Shown: positions 1 to 10,435 of the stretch, piece after piece
How the letters are laid out: every line of letters begins with the position of its first letter
Numbering within the stretch: position 1 is the first letter of the stretch
DNA from: Candidatus Limnocylindria bacterium
Lineage (GTDB): Bacteria; Chloroflexota; Limnocylindria; QHBO01
NCBI GenBank assembly: GCA_038322875.1
Contig: JBBQGI010000001.1
Coordinates: 20,372-84,371 of the forward strand
Direction of reading: 5' to 3'
DNA: 64,000 nucleotides
The notes under the pieces: model-generated
What the model was told of the DNA's origin: nothing
What the model saw: the letters and a program-made list of their open reading frames with translations, nothing else
Databases searched by the model: none
Made by a program: the position numbers and the translations under genes

Positions 1-85
1 ATCGCCTGGGTGCGCGCGGCGAGCCGGGAATGGCACGAGGTCGAGCGCGGCCCGCACGACGACGCGCCGGGACATTGAGCTGTCG

Positions 86-664
86 ATGACGGCCACCACC
101 CGCGCACCGCTGGCGGAAGACTCCCCGCTGCCTCGCGCGCGCATGCCGCGTGCCTATTACGTGGCAGCGACGCTGACCCCGCTGCTCGTGCTCGCTGTCT
201 GGGGAACCATGCTCCTGGCGCGCCCCGCGACCACCAGCAGCGCCGCGGTCGGAGCGCCGGCCCCCGCCTTCGTGCTGGCCGACCTGAACGGCAGCCCGCT
301 CCGCCTGGCAGATCTCCGCGGTCGCCCGGTGATCGTCAACTTCTGGGCAAGCTGGTGTGGCCCGTGCGTGGACGAGTTCCCGATCCTGGTCAAGGCTGCG
401 GCCGCGCACCGAGCGGAGGGCCTGGCTGTGATCGGGATCGTGTTTCGTGACCGATCGGAGGCGGCACGTGAGTTCATGGCTCGCCTGGGCGCGGAGTGGC
501 CGACCGCCGTGGACCCCGGCGAGACCGTGGCCAACCAGTTCGGGATCATCGGCCCGCCTGATACGTTCTTCATCGACCGCGGCGGAATCGTCGTCGGACG
601 ACAGATCGGCCAGCTCAGCGCGAGCGACCTGCAGCGCGGCCTGAGCAAGATCCTGGGAGAGTGA
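86..664 (+). CDS. TlpA/ResA-like thiol-disulfide oxidoreductase (thioredoxin fold, membrane-anchored)
   Basis: WCGPC active-site motif, N-terminal TM helix, thioredoxin-like length (192 aa). Confidence 0.85.
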   Translation: MTATTRAPLAEDSPLPRARMPRAYYVAATLTPLLVLAVWGTMLLARPATTSSAAVGAPAPAFVLADLNGSPLRLADLRGRPVIVNFWASWCGPCVDEFPILVKAAAAHRAEGLAVIGIVFRDRSEAAREFMARLGAEWPTAVDPGETVANQFGIIGPPDTFFIDRGGIVVGRQIGQLSASDLQRGLSKILGE

Positions 665-669
665 GGCAG

Positions 670-879
670 ATGGAACCGATGGTGCCGCAAGCCAGCGAGG
701 AGCACGGCCTCGTGCTCGATTCGACTCACGATCTGCACAGCGATCACGTCGATCCTCAGCAGCAGACGGTGCAGCAGAACTGGCGCGTCGCCCTTCTGCC
801 GCTCGCGATCGTCGTCTTCGTCGTGCTCGCGTTCGTGGCCGCGGCCTGGACCTTCCTGGCGGCGATGCCGACGACCTGA
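670..879 (+). CDS. possible small membrane protein (hypothetical)
   Basis: ORF directly after tlpA stop, C-terminal hydrophobic helix; no recognisable family. Confidence 0.25.
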   Translation: MEPMVPQASEEHGLVLDSTHDLHSDHVDPQQQTVQQNWRVALLPLAIVVFVVLAFVAAAWTFLAAMPTT

Positions 880-1074
880 TCGGTCCGCCGAGCCACCGAT
901 CGGGTCGAATCCGGACCGGCACTTGCGCGACTGCGTAGGCTATGGCGGTGCGTAAGGCCGGACCGCCGGTGAGACGCCATCGCGCCGGAAGCGCGACGCA
1001 GCGAAGGAAGGAATCGACCGATGCAGGAACAGCGCCAGGAGCGCCGGCGACCGCGCCCGATCCGGTCATCCATC

Positions 1075-1488
1075 ATGCGGACCGCCGCGGCGTTGACTGC
1101 GAGCGTGCTGCTCCTCTCCGCGTGCGGCGGAGACTCAGGCGGAAACGGTGGTGGGACCGGCTACACGCTGCACACCCTGATCGTGAACGCCTCCGCATCC
1201 GATGTGGTCGTCAGCTACGAGGCGGTCGATGACGTCATCCTGCCGACCTGCTCGGCGATCCTGCAGAACTTCCCGCTCAGTGACCCATTCGTGGTCTCAC
1301 TTGATGGCGATGCCGTGCTCGACTCCGACCGCGACCTGCCCGATGGGTTGCCGAACGACGGCGGGAGCGACCTGATCGTCAAGATCACGATCCCCAAGGA
1401 CGGGGCTGCCACCTTCGACCGGGTGCGCCCGGGGAGCGGCCTGACCAAGCCCGGCAAGGCGTCGTACTGTCCATCCCTGCCCGGCTGA
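1075..1488 (+). CDS. hypothetical lipoprotein
   Basis: signal peptide with lipobox LLSAC after MRTAAALTASV; no family recognised. Confidence 0.5.
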   Translation: MRTAAALTASVLLLSACGGDSGGNGGGTGYTLHTLIVNASASDVVVSYEAVDDVILPTCSAILQNFPLSDPFVVSLDGDAVLDSDRDLPDGLPNDGGSDLIVKITIPKDGAATFDRVRPGSGLTKPGKASYCPSLPG

Positions 1489-1497
1489 CCTGCCTGT

Positions 1498-2736
1498 TCA
1501 GGCGGGAGGCAGCCCTCCGGAGGCCGGATAGCGCCGGCCGACATATTCCTCGAGGATTTCCAGGAAGCGCGGCACGATGTCGTCGCCGCGCAGCGTCGTG
1601 CTGAGCTTGCCTTCGACGAAGACCGGCGCCACCGGCTCCTCGAAGGTGCCGGGCAGGCTGATCCCGATGTCGGCGTGCTTGCTCTCGCCCGGCCCGTTGA
1701 CCACGCAGCCCATCACCGCCACCCGCAGCTCTTCGACGCCGGGGTGCTGACGGCTCCAGATCGGCATCTGATCGTGCAGGTACGCGCCGATGTCCCGGGC
1801 CATCTCCTGGAAAAAGGTCGAGGTGGTGCGGCCGCAGCCGGGGCACGCGCTGACCTGCGGGGTGAAGCTGCGCAGCCCAAGCGATTGAAGCACCTGCTGC
1901 GCGATCTGCACTTCCTCGGTGCGGTCGCCGCCGGGTGATGGCGTCAGGCTGACCCGGATCGTGTCGCCGATCCCGCGCTGCAGGAGGATGGCCAGGCCCG
2001 CGGTCGACGAGATGATGCCGCGAGAGCCCATCCCCGCCTCGGTCAATCCGAGGTGGAGCGGGTAGTCGCAGCGCTCGGAGAGCCGCTGGTAGACCTCGAT
2101 CAGGTCCTGGACGCCGCTCACCTTGGCCGACAGGACGATCCGGTCGTGTCCGAGGCCGGTCTCCTCGGCCAGTGCGGCCGAGCGCAGCGCGGACTCGAGC
2201 ATGGCGTCGATCATCACGTCGCGGGACTCGCGCGGCTCCGCCAGCCGGGCGTTGGCGTCCATCAGCTCGGTGAGGAGCTGCTGGTCGAGCGAGCCCCAGT
2301 TGACCCCGATGCGGACCGGCTTGCCATTCGCGATCGCCACCTCGACGATCTGGCGGAACTGTTCGTCGTGGCGCTTGGTCCCGACGTTCCCCGGATTGAT
2401 GCGGTACTTGGCCAGCGCCGCCGCGCAGTCGGGGTACTTCGTCAGCAGCAGGTGGCCGTTGTAGTGGAAGTCACCGATCAGGGGCACGCCCACCCCAAGG
2501 CGGTCGAGCTTCTCGCGGATGACCGGCACGGCGAGCGCCGCGGCGTCGTTGTTTACGGTCACCCGCACCAGCTCCGATCCGGCATGGGCCAGCTGGGCAA
2601 CCTGGATGGCGGTGCCATCGGCATCGGCGGTGTCGGTATTGGTCATCGACTGGACCACGATCGGATGCGCGGAGCCGATGAGCACGCCGCCCACGTCGAC
2701 GCTTGCCGTCGCATGTCGTTCGATCACGAAATGCAT
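1498..2736 (-). CDS. ispG: 4-hydroxy-3-methylbut-2-en-1-yl diphosphate synthase (MEP pathway)
   Basis: full-length similarity to GcpE/IspG (start MHFVIERH..., conserved C-terminal CPxCGR cluster region); ORF track start trimmed to first conserved Met. Confidence 0.95.
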   Translation of the reverse strand: MHFVIERHATASVDVGGVLIGSAHPIVVQSMTNTDTADADGTAIQVAQLAHAGSELVRVTVNNDAAALAVPVIREKLDRLGVGVPLIGDFHYNGHLLLTKYPDCAAALAKYRINPGNVGTKRHDEQFRQIVEVAIANGKPVRIGVNWGSLDQQLLTELMDANARLAEPRESRDVMIDAMLESALRSAALAEETGLGHDRIVLSAKVSGVQDLIEVYQRLSERCDYPLHLGLTEAGMGSRGIISSTAGLAILLQRGIGDTIRVSLTPSPGGDRTEEVQIAQQVLQSLGLRSFTPQVSACPGCGRTTSTFFQEMARDIGAYLHDQMPIWSRQHPGVEELRVAVMGCVVNGPGESKHADIGISLPGTFEEPVAPVFVEGKLSTTLRGDDIVPRFLEILEEYVGRRYPASGGLPPA

Positions 2737-2815
2737 CCTATCCGTTCCCAGACCGCGCGTCGTCCCGCGGGTACTTGCGCGTTTGCGCAAGTGTCGATAT
2801 ACTACACTCAAGGTC

Positions 2816-3820
2816 ATGACCGCAACGATTCGGCCCACAGCGGGCACGCCCGCCGACCAGCCAACCGACCTCCGTCATCACAAGCTCGCCATCATCGGTT
2901 CCGGGCCTGCGGGGCTGACCGCCGCCATCTATGCGGCACGCGCCAACCTGGAGCCGATGGTCTTCGCCGGCAACACGCCGCTCGGCCAACTGATGATCAC
3001 CTCGGAGGTCGAGAACTACCCCGGATTCCCCGGCGGGATCCTGGGCCCCGAGCTGATGCAGCTCTGGCGGGATCAGGCCGAGCGCTTCGGCAGCATCCTG
3101 CTCGACAAGGACGTCACCCGGGTCGACTTCAGTCAGCGCCCGTTCGGCCTGTGGGTCGGCGAGGACGAATACCGGGCCGATGCGGTCATTGTGGCCACCG
3201 GCGCGTCGGCCCTGTGGATGGGTCTGCCCTCCGAGGAGGAGTTCCGTGGCCGCGGTGTGAGCGCCTGCGCCACGTGTGACGGCTTCTTCTTCCGCGACCG
3301 GGAGATCGCGGTCGTGGGCGGTGGCGATACCGCGCTCGAAGAGGCGCTCTTCCTGACCAGGTTCGCCTCGAAGGTGACCATGCTCGTGCGCCGCGACCAA
3401 TTCCGCGGCAGCAAGATCATGCAGGACCGCGCCTTCGCTCACCCCAAGATCGACGTGCGCTGGAACACCGAGGTGACCGATGTCCGCGGCGAGATGACGG
3501 TCAACGGGCTCGGGCTGCGCGACACCGTCACCGGCGAGTCCTCCGACCTCGGCGTGCAGGGGCTCTTCGTCGCCATCGGCTACAAGCCGAACACCGATCT
3601 GTTCGCCGGTCAGCTTGACCTCGACCCGCGCGGCTATTGCATGGTCGACGCCGGCACGCGCACCAGGATCGAGGGTGTCTTCGTGGCCGGCGACGTCCAC
3701 GATCACGTCTACCGCCAGGCGGTCACCGCCGCCGGCGATGGCTGCCGGGCCGCAATCGACGCGGAGCGCTGGCTCGCGTCGATCGGCGAGGTCCAGGCGT
3801 CGACCGCGACCAACTGGTAG
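2816..3820 (+). CDS. trxB: thioredoxin-disulfide reductase
   Basis: FAD motif GSGPAG, redox CATCDG motif, NADPH motif GGGDTA; 335 aa; divergent from ispG. Confidence 0.95.
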   Translation: MTATIRPTAGTPADQPTDLRHHKLAIIGSGPAGLTAAIYAARANLEPMVFAGNTPLGQLMITSEVENYPGFPGGILGPELMQLWRDQAERFGSILLDKDVTRVDFSQRPFGLWVGEDEYRADAVIVATGASALWMGLPSEEEFRGRGVSACATCDGFFFRDREIAVVGGGDTALEEALFLTRFASKVTMLVRRDQFRGSKIMQDRAFAHPKIDVRWNTEVTDVRGEMTVNGLGLRDTVTGESSDLGVQGLFVAIGYKPNTDLFAGQLDLDPRGYCMVDAGTRTRIEGVFVAGDVHDHVYRQAVTAAGDGCRAAIDAERWLASIGEVQASTATNW

Positions 3821-3823
3821 GCG

Positions 3824-4720
3824 TCAGGCCAGGAGCGCCGTCGCCAGCTCGGGGGTGATTCCCTGTCGGCCGGAATCGGCCAGGTGCTGGAGCGTGGTGC
3901 GCCAGCGGGTGTCCGCAGCGAAGGCGGTGGCCAGCTCTCGGCGCGCCCCGTCCAGGTCCCCGCTGATGGCGAGCTGCACGCCGCCCCAGAAGACGAGCTC
4001 GTAGGCATCGGGCGCCATCTGACGCGCGAGTGCATAGCGCTCGGCGGCGCTTCGCCCCGAGCGTGCCTCGTCCCCCTCGTCGTCGAGCAGGTTGTAAGCC
4101 AGCTGCATGGTGACGATCCGACGCAGCTCGGGGACCGGATCGGGATGGTCCTCGATCCGCATGTCCAGGAGGCGCCCGCGCCACGGGGCCTGCTGGAGAT
4201 CGGCCGACGCGACCACGATGGCTGCCGACTGACGTCCGCGGACGTCACCGCCTTCGGCCTCGGCCGCCTCCATGGCCCGCAGCAGCCGCTCGACGAACGG
4301 GGCACCCTCTGCCAGGGCCGAGTCGTACGCGGCCGCCATGGCCGGCCAGCAGGTATCGCGCTCGAGCAGATTGCCCTGGACCGTGTAGCCCTCCCCGAGC
4401 CGATGGCCGCAGGCGCGGATGCACTCCGTGCCGGTGTGGGCGGCCGATCGCCCGCCTGCATCGACCACGCCGAGCTGTCGCACCTTGGCCTCCGGGTCGG
4501 AGGCGACGAGGGCCGCCACCACCTCTGACGCCGACCGCCCGGCGCGCAGCATCTCCAGCCCGATCGGGCCGAACGAGATGTTGACCGAGGCCTGCGTGGC
4601 GATCGCTCCGACACCTGCCTCCAGCCACGGCACGACGGGCCCGACACCGAGGTAATGCGACTGCACGGCGACGCCAAATCGACCCGTCTCCGGGTCGCGC
4701 GCGACGATGCTGTAGGTCAC
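3824..4720 (-). CDS. DUF1028 family protein (Ntn-hydrolase-like)
   Basis: N-terminal (GTG)TYSIVARDPETGRFGVAVQS signature typical of DUF1028; 4-nt overlap with upstream LLM gene. Confidence 0.7.
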   Translation of the reverse strand: MTYSIVARDPETGRFGVAVQSHYLGVGPVVPWLEAGVGAIATQASVNISFGPIGLEMLRAGRSASEVVAALVASDPEAKVRQLGVVDAGGRSAAHTGTECIRACGHRLGEGYTVQGNLLERDTCWPAMAAAYDSALAEGAPFVERLLRAMEAAEAEGGDVRGRQSAAIVVASADLQQAPWRGRLLDMRIEDHPDPVPELRRIVTMQLAYNLLDDEGDEARSGRSAAERYALARQMAPDAYELVFWGGVQLAISGDLDGARRELATAFAADTRWRTTLQHLADSGRQGITPELATALLA

Positions 4721-5538
4721 CCCGGTAGGGTAGCCGCCGCGGCGATCTCCAACCAGCCGGCCGCGCCCGCCTCGGCCGGCAGGGCGCGCACGACGCAGCT
4801 GTCGAGCGCTTCGCGGTACGGGGCGAGGAGCCGAGCCGTGTTGGCGACGTCGGTGGCCGCCACGCCCGGAGCGCCGCGCGCTGCGGAGTCCTGCTCGCCG
4901 AAGAGCCGGGTGTAGGGGCGCGGTCTGGCGCGATATCGGTCCGCCTCCGTGGTGAGCCGCTCCACCGCGCCCTGCCCGATCGCGACACGCACGTAGCCCG
5001 CCACCCGTGGCATCGGTCGTCCGGCGGCGGCGGCCCCGGCCGCAATTCGCTCGCGTGCCCACGCGACGCGATCAGGAAAGGTCCAGTTCAGCAGCACGAC
5101 GTCGCCGATCTCGCCGCCGAGGGTGCACATCCGCGGCCCGAGCGCGGCAACCGCGACCCGGACGCCGGGCAGGAGTCGTCGCAGGCCCATCACCCCTTTC
5201 CGCACGGCGTCGAGCGAGGAGCCGGACCCGCTGCCGACCCCGAGGACGAGGCGGTCGCGGGGCAACGCAAGCCGGTCGACATCGCCTGCGAGCTCATCGA
5301 CGTTCCGGTCGGATAACGGCGCGACGCCCAGGCACAGGTCGATGCGCCGGGTCGCGCCCATCACGGCGGCAAGCGTCGCCAGGCCGGAGCTGGTCCGTCC
5401 GTCGTTCGCCCACAGCTCGTCGTAACCGAGTGCCTCGAGACCCGCGCCCAGGAGTGGAACCCCCGCGGTCAATGGCTCGCGCTGCGCCGTGATCCCGAAG
5501 CCAAGATGACCGTCCATCGATTCGTCGGCCGGGAGCAT
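4717..5538 (-). CDS. LLM-class (luciferase-like) flavin/F420-dependent oxidoreductase
   Basis: TIM-barrel LLM family similarity (LGFGI...LGxGxG region); start chosen at MLPADE downstream of GDPD stop. Confidence 0.8.
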   Translation of the reverse strand: MLPADESMDGHLGFGITAQREPLTAGVPLLGAGLEALGYDELWANDGRTSSGLATLAAVMGATRRIDLCLGVAPLSDRNVDELAGDVDRLALPRDRLVLGVGSGSGSSLDAVRKGVMGLRRLLPGVRVAVAALGPRMCTLGGEIGDVVLLNWTFPDRVAWARERIAAGAAAAGRPMPRVAGYVRVAIGQGAVERLTTEADRYRARPRPYTRLFGEQDSAARGAPGVAATDVANTARLLAPYREALDSCVVRALPAEAGAAGWLEIAAAATLPG

Positions 5539-5548
5539 GCCGAGCGAG

Positions 5549-6316
5549 TCAGCTCGCCGCGGGCGCGGGGCGCGGCCCGAGCGCCTCACGGGCGACTCCG
5601 GGCAGATCGGTGACGAAACCCCACAGCCCCAGTGCCGCCAGGTGGCGCATGCGCTCCGGCTCGTTGACGACGTAGCAGCCGACGAGGCAGCCATGGGTCT
5701 GGGCCTGGGCCAGGATTGGCATCGGGTCGAGCCCCAGGTCCCCTTCCCAGGGCAGGATCGCGGCGTGGCCACGCTCGACGGCATAGGTCAATGCCTGATC
5801 GATCGACTGGAACGGGACGAGGAGGTAGCCGGTCGCCAGGTCGGGATCGAGCTCGTGCGCCTGGTCGATCGTCTGCTCGTCGAAGCTGATCAGGCTGACC
5901 GCATTCGCGGCGCGCACGCGTGACCCCTTCAGGGCCGCGACGGTGGGAGCGGTTGCTTCACGCGCCTTGACCTCGACCGCCAGGCCGACCCCGTCGGGCA
6001 GCCACTCGAGCACCTCGTCGAAGGTCGGGACGCGCAGCTTCTTGCCCCGGAACGGGAAGGAGCCGTCAGCGGCCTCGAATGCATGGCCCGCGTCGGCAGC
6101 TCGAACCTGCTTGAGCGTCATCGAGGCGATCGCGCCGGTGCGATCGGTGGTCCGACCCAGGGTCTCGTCATGGATGACGGCCAGCTTGCCGTCGGAGGTG
6201 AGATGGACGTCGACCTCGATGGCATCGGCGCCCATCTCGACCGCGAGCCGATACGCCTCCATGGTGTTCTCCGGGGCCGAGGCGGCTGCGCCGCGGTGAG
6301 CGACGACGAGGGTCAT
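5549..6316 (-). CDS. glycerophosphodiester phosphodiesterase
   Basis: GDPD family N-terminus VVAHRGAAASAPENT, HDETL motif; 255 aa. Confidence 0.85.
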   Translation of the reverse strand: MTLVVAHRGAAASAPENTMEAYRLAVEMGADAIEVDVHLTSDGKLAVIHDETLGRTTDRTGAIASMTLKQVRAADAGHAFEAADGSFPFRGKKLRVPTFDEVLEWLPDGVGLAVEVKAREATAPTVAALKGSRVRAANAVSLISFDEQTIDQAHELDPDLATGYLLVPFQSIDQALTYAVERGHAAILPWEGDLGLDPMPILAQAQTHGCLVGCYVVNEPERMRHLAALGLWGFVTDLPGVAREALGPRPAPAAS

Positions 6317-7656
6317 GGCGCCTCTCCCGGCGGCACGATGGCGGGCTCGATTGACGGCATGTACAGGTCCTCCTGGTCCGGATGCTGAACCCCGTCCGGG
6401 ACACGTCGGACGATCACGAAGCCGATCACCATCAGGACCAGCAGCGACAGGATCGCGATCTGGTAGGCCACCTTGCCCATCGGCTCGAGCAGCAGCCCGA
6501 CGATGGAACCGTAGGCGATTGGGCCGACCACCGCGCTGAACTTGCCCGCCAGCCCGTACAGGCCGAGCATCTCGCCGACCTGCTCGGGGCGCGCCAGGCG
6601 CAGCAGGAGCAGCCGATCGGTCACCGCGACGCCGCCGAGGCCAGAGCCGAGCACCGCCCCGGCAACGAGGAATGGGATCTTGTCAAGCGCCAGCCCCAGC
6701 AGCAGCAGGCCACCCGACCAGGAGATCAGGACCCACAGGAGCGTGCGCCTTGGCCCGATCCGATCGCAGAGGGCGCCCCATCCGAACGAGGCGATCACCG
6801 CCACCACCGTGAGCAGCAGCAGGATGTTCAGCGCCTCGCCATCGGTGAAGCCGATCGCCTGGGTCGCGAACGCACTCATCACCACGATCGCGGTGTTGAC
6901 CGGATCGGAGTAGAAGAACCGCCCCACGATGAAGCGCAAGAGGCCCCGCGTCTCGCGAGCGTGAGCGATCGTGACCTGCAGCTGGCTCCACGAGCGCAAC
7001 GCGTCGCTCGCCCGAAACTCGTCGCGCCGCGCACGTCGCTCCTGCACGCGCAGGAAGATCGGCGCGGAGAATAGCGCGAAGAGCGAGCCGATCAGCAGGA
7101 AGCTGGCCGCCGTCGAGCCGCCATCGGCGTCGGTGGTGAGCTTGAAGAGAAGGCCGGACACGATCGTTCCCAGGTATCCGAGCGCGACCCCGACCCCCGA
7201 CAGCCGCCCGCGGGTCTCCGGTCGCGCCACGTCGGGCAGCAGGGCGTCGTAGTAGATCAACGCCGCCTGGTACGCGAAGTTGGCGATCGCAAAGAAGAGC
7301 AGGCCGACGCCGACATTCACGAAGCCGATGAAGAGCGTCGGGACGATGGCCAGGGCGGTGAAGACCCCCAGATAGGGCTTGCGGCGCCCGGTTCGATCGC
7401 TCATCGCGCCGAGCACCGGCGAGACCGCGGCGTTGATCAGGACCGAGACGCTGACCGCGAACGTGAACCAGAACTGGCCGCCCGCCTCGCCCAGGAATCG
7501 GATCGACCAGAGGCTCATCGCGTAACTGACGATGGCGAACGAGAAGATGGTGTTGGCGAAGTCGTAGAGGGCCCAGGAGAGGCCCTCGGCGGCGCTTCCC
7601 GAGCGGGTCAGGCCGGCGAGGCCGCGCCACCAGCGGGTCGGCGCGAGGCTCGTCAC
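6313..7656 (-). CDS. MFS transporter
   Basis: 12 predicted TM helices, MFS-type DRxGRR loop; stop overlaps GDPD start (operon). Confidence 0.8.
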   Translation of the reverse strand: MTSLAPTRWWRGLAGLTRSGSAAEGLSWALYDFANTIFSFAIVSYAMSLWSIRFLGEAGGQFWFTFAVSVSVLINAAVSPVLGAMSDRTGRRKPYLGVFTALAIVPTLFIGFVNVGVGLLFFAIANFAYQAALIYYDALLPDVARPETRGRLSGVGVALGYLGTIVSGLLFKLTTDADGGSTAASFLLIGSLFALFSAPIFLRVQERRARRDEFRASDALRSWSQLQVTIAHARETRGLLRFIVGRFFYSDPVNTAIVVMSAFATQAIGFTDGEALNILLLLTVVAVIASFGWGALCDRIGPRRTLLWVLISWSGGLLLLGLALDKIPFLVAGAVLGSGLGGVAVTDRLLLLRLARPEQVGEMLGLYGLAGKFSAVVGPIAYGSIVGLLLEPMGKVAYQIAILSLLVLMVIGFVIVRRVPDGVQHPDQEDLYMPSIEPAIVPPGEAP

Positions 7657-7745
7657 GAAGCCGCGGCGGGGCGATTCACGCGCGGATCATAGCGAGCCTG
7701 TACCCTTCGGCCCGGCGAATACGACGACCCCAATTTCGAGGTGAG

Positions 7746-10121
7746 ATGTTGTCCACGGTCCCGCCTGCGCCCTCTCCCGGCGAGCACGTGCGCGAGCTCC
7801 ACCCGACCGGCATCTTCGCTGCGGTCGGCCGCTTCGACTACCGGTTCCGGCGCTGGCTGCCGATCATCGGCCTGGCCATCGTGATCGGCATGAACATCTG
7901 GGCCTCCACCTCCGGCGGGACCCTGATCCAGGGCGGCTGGGTGATCCAGGGGTCGGAGGAGCAGCGCGCCGCCGCGCTCATCGCCGATCGCTTCGGCGAC
8001 GAAACGACCACGATGCTGGTCGTCTACCAGGATCCAGCCGGGGACGCCGCGTCGCCCGCGTTCCAGGGGACGGTCAAGGCCAGCCTCGCCCGAGTCGCGG
8101 CCGATGCCGCGGTCACCAAGGTGCAGACCTACGCGGATATCGGCCTCCCGGCCCTGCTCAGCACCGACCAGACCACCACCATCGCGGTCGTCTTCCTGGA
8201 CAAGGGAGTGGAGGACGCCGTCAACGACGCGGGGCGGCTGGCGGAAGAGGTGGGCCGCCCGGCCGGCGTGCAGATGTGGGTCACCGGGATCCCGCAGGTC
8301 TATCACGAGTTCAACGCGAAGATCGAGTCGGACCTCTTCCAGGCCGAGGCGATCAGCCTGCCGATCGCGCTCCTCATCCTGCTTGCCGTCTTCGGCACGC
8401 TGGTTGGGGCGGCACTGCCGCTGGTGATCGCCGGCCTGGCGATGCCGACCGCGTTCGCCGCCATCAGCCTCCTGGCGCGCGTCACCGAGATGAGCATCTT
8501 CGTGACGAACATCGCAACCATGATCGGACTGGCCCTGGCGATCGACTACTCCCTCTTCATGGTCAGCCGATATCGCGAAGAGCTTCGCCACCACGACGTG
8601 GAGATCGCCCTCGAACGGATGATGGGCAGCGTCGGCAAGGCGGTGGCCGTGTCGGGGATCGCCGTGGCGATTGGCCTCGGCTCGCTCGTCGTCTTCGACG
8701 CCACGGCCCTGCGCAGCATGGGGCTCGGCGGCATCCTGACCGTCCTCTCCACCCTGCTCTTCGGCCTCACCGTTCTTCCCGCCCTGCTGGCGCTGCTCGG
8801 CACGCGCGTGAATCGGCTGCGCGTGCCACTGCCTCGCTTCCTGCGCCTGATCGAGGACGACCCGGAGGCGGCCGATCGCCGCCAGGGGCGAGGCGTGTGG
8901 GCGTGGATTGCGGCGCGGGTCATGCGCCGGCCGGTGGTCGTGGCGCTGCCGGTGCTCGCCGTGCTGCTGGTCGCTGGCTCCCCGTTCCTGGGGATCCAGC
9001 TCTCGACCGGTCAGAACCTGTCCGACCTGCCGGCGGTTCCGTCGCGGATCGGCTTCGAAGTGATCGCCGACAAGTTCCCCGGTGGCGAGAGCGACCCGAT
9101 CACGATCGCGCTGACCTGGCCCGCCGAGGAGCTCGGTGGATTCCTCGCAGCGGACCGCCAGTCGGAGCTCGCGGCCTACGAGGACCGCCTCCTGGCCTTG
9201 GACCTGGTGACCCAGGTCGAGAGCGTGCTCACCCCGCCCCCCGGCCTGACGGCCGAGCAGTACACGGCGCTGCTGGCACTCCCTCCCGACCAGCGGCCCA
9301 CGGCGTCCTCCGGACTGGCCGACTACATCGGCGGCTGGCTCGCCGGCGACACGGTCAAGCTGCGCGTCTTCTCGAGCGCGGTCCCCGACTCCGACGAGGG
9401 GCGCGCTCTGGTGGGCAGGGTCCGTGCCGTCGACGCGCCTCCCGGGACGGAAGCCCTGACCGGGGGCCTGCCGTCCCGATCGGCCGACTTCATGGCCAGC
9501 TTCCGGGGATCTGTCCCGATCGCGATCCTGATCGTGGTGCTGGTGACCGGCATCGTCCTGTTCCTGACCTTCGGTTCAGTCTTTCTGCCGATCAAGGCCG
9601 TGCTGATGAGCCTGATCAGCGTCACCGCCAGCTTCGGGGCGCTGGTCTGGATCTTCCAGCAGGGTCACCTGGCCGGTCCGCTCGGCTTCGACACATCGGG
9701 GACGATCGGCGCCTGGCAGCCGATCATCATGTTCGCGATCCTGTTCGGCCTCTCGATGGACTACGAGGTGCTGCTCCTCTCCCGCATCCGGGAGCGCTAC
9801 CTGGCGACCGGCGACAACACGCGGGCGGTGGCCGAAGGGATCGGTCTCACCGGCGGGATCATCACTGGCGCGGCGCTGATCATGGTGGCCGTCTTTGCCG
9901 CATTCGGTCTGTCGAGCATCACCTCCATCAAGTCGCTCGGCGTCACCATGTCGCTGGCGGTGCTGATCGACGCGACCATCGTCCGGGGCCTGCTCGTGCC
10001 GGCCTTCATGCGGATCATGGGGCGGGTCAACTGGTGGGCTCCCGCCTGGCTGCAACGCGCGGTCTCGCGGCTGGGGCTCTACGAGCTTGGCACCGCCGAC
10101 GGGGAAGTCGCGGCTCCCTAG
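7746..10121 (+). CDS. MMPL family RND-type transporter
   Basis: 791 aa, two 6-TM bundles with large periplasmic loops, characteristic MMPL C-terminus ...GRVNWWAP. Confidence 0.9.
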   Translation: MLSTVPPAPSPGEHVRELHPTGIFAAVGRFDYRFRRWLPIIGLAIVIGMNIWASTSGGTLIQGGWVIQGSEEQRAAALIADRFGDETTTMLVVYQDPAGDAASPAFQGTVKASLARVAADAAVTKVQTYADIGLPALLSTDQTTTIAVVFLDKGVEDAVNDAGRLAEEVGRPAGVQMWVTGIPQVYHEFNAKIESDLFQAEAISLPIALLILLAVFGTLVGAALPLVIAGLAMPTAFAAISLLARVTEMSIFVTNIATMIGLALAIDYSLFMVSRYREELRHHDVEIALERMMGSVGKAVAVSGIAVAIGLGSLVVFDATALRSMGLGGILTVLSTLLFGLTVLPALLALLGTRVNRLRVPLPRFLRLIEDDPEAADRRQGRGVWAWIAARVMRRPVVVALPVLAVLLVAGSPFLGIQLSTGQNLSDLPAVPSRIGFEVIADKFPGGESDPITIALTWPAEELGGFLAADRQSELAAYEDRLLALDLVTQVESVLTPPPGLTAEQYTALLALPPDQRPTASSGLADYIGGWLAGDTVKLRVFSSAVPDSDEGRALVGRVRAVDAPPGTEALTGGLPSRSADFMASFRGSVPIAILIVVLVTGIVLFLTFGSVFLPIKAVLMSLISVTASFGALVWIFQQGHLAGPLGFDTSGTIGAWQPIIMFAILFGLSMDYEVLLLSRIRERYLATGDNTRAVAEGIGLTGGIITGAALIMVAVFAAFGLSSITSIKSLGVTMSLAVLIDATIVRGLLVPAFMRIMGRVNWWAPAWLQRAVSRLGLYELGTADGEVAAP

Positions 10122-10146
10122 CCGCGGAGTCGCTACCCTCACCTCC

Positions 10147-10434
10147 ATGACCGATGCCCGGCGCGCCCGTCTCGATCGCCTCACCGACCGATGGCGCGCG
10201 CGGCACGAGGCGCGTGTCGCAACCGGCGATCGTGAGCGCGCCGGTGCCGAGCGCGAGGCGAGGGCCTCCACCTTCTTCCCATGGCGCACCGAGACTCCCG
10301 GCGAGTATGCCGCGCGCTACGGCGCCGCGATGACCGGGTACACGTACGATGCCTACACGTACGAGGATCTGAAGCTTGAGGCGTGGCTCCGCGAGCTGGG
10401 CGAGCTCCTGCGGGCGCGCGGGCGCCTCCGCTGA
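10147..10434 (+). CDS. small hypothetical protein
   Basis: ORF whose stop overlaps start of next gene (TGATG); Arg/Glu-rich, no family. Confidence 0.35.
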   Translation: MTDARRARLDRLTDRWRARHEARVATGDRERAGAEREARASTFFPWRTETPGEYAARYGAAMTGYTYDAYTYEDLKLEAWLRELGELLRARGRLR

Positions 10435-10435
10435 T

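Noticed and set aside
5123-5492. Several 100-160-aa ORFs (for example 5007..5492, 5123..5425) overlapping the LLM oxidoreductase gene
   Set aside because: Ser/Arg/Pro-rich translations in alternate frames of a well-supported gene.
8276-10150. 624-aa ORF in alternate frame overlapping the MMPL gene
   Set aside because: Arg/Gly/Pro-rich translation is typical of an out-of-frame read through high-GC coding DNA. The MMPL frame has clear family similarity.
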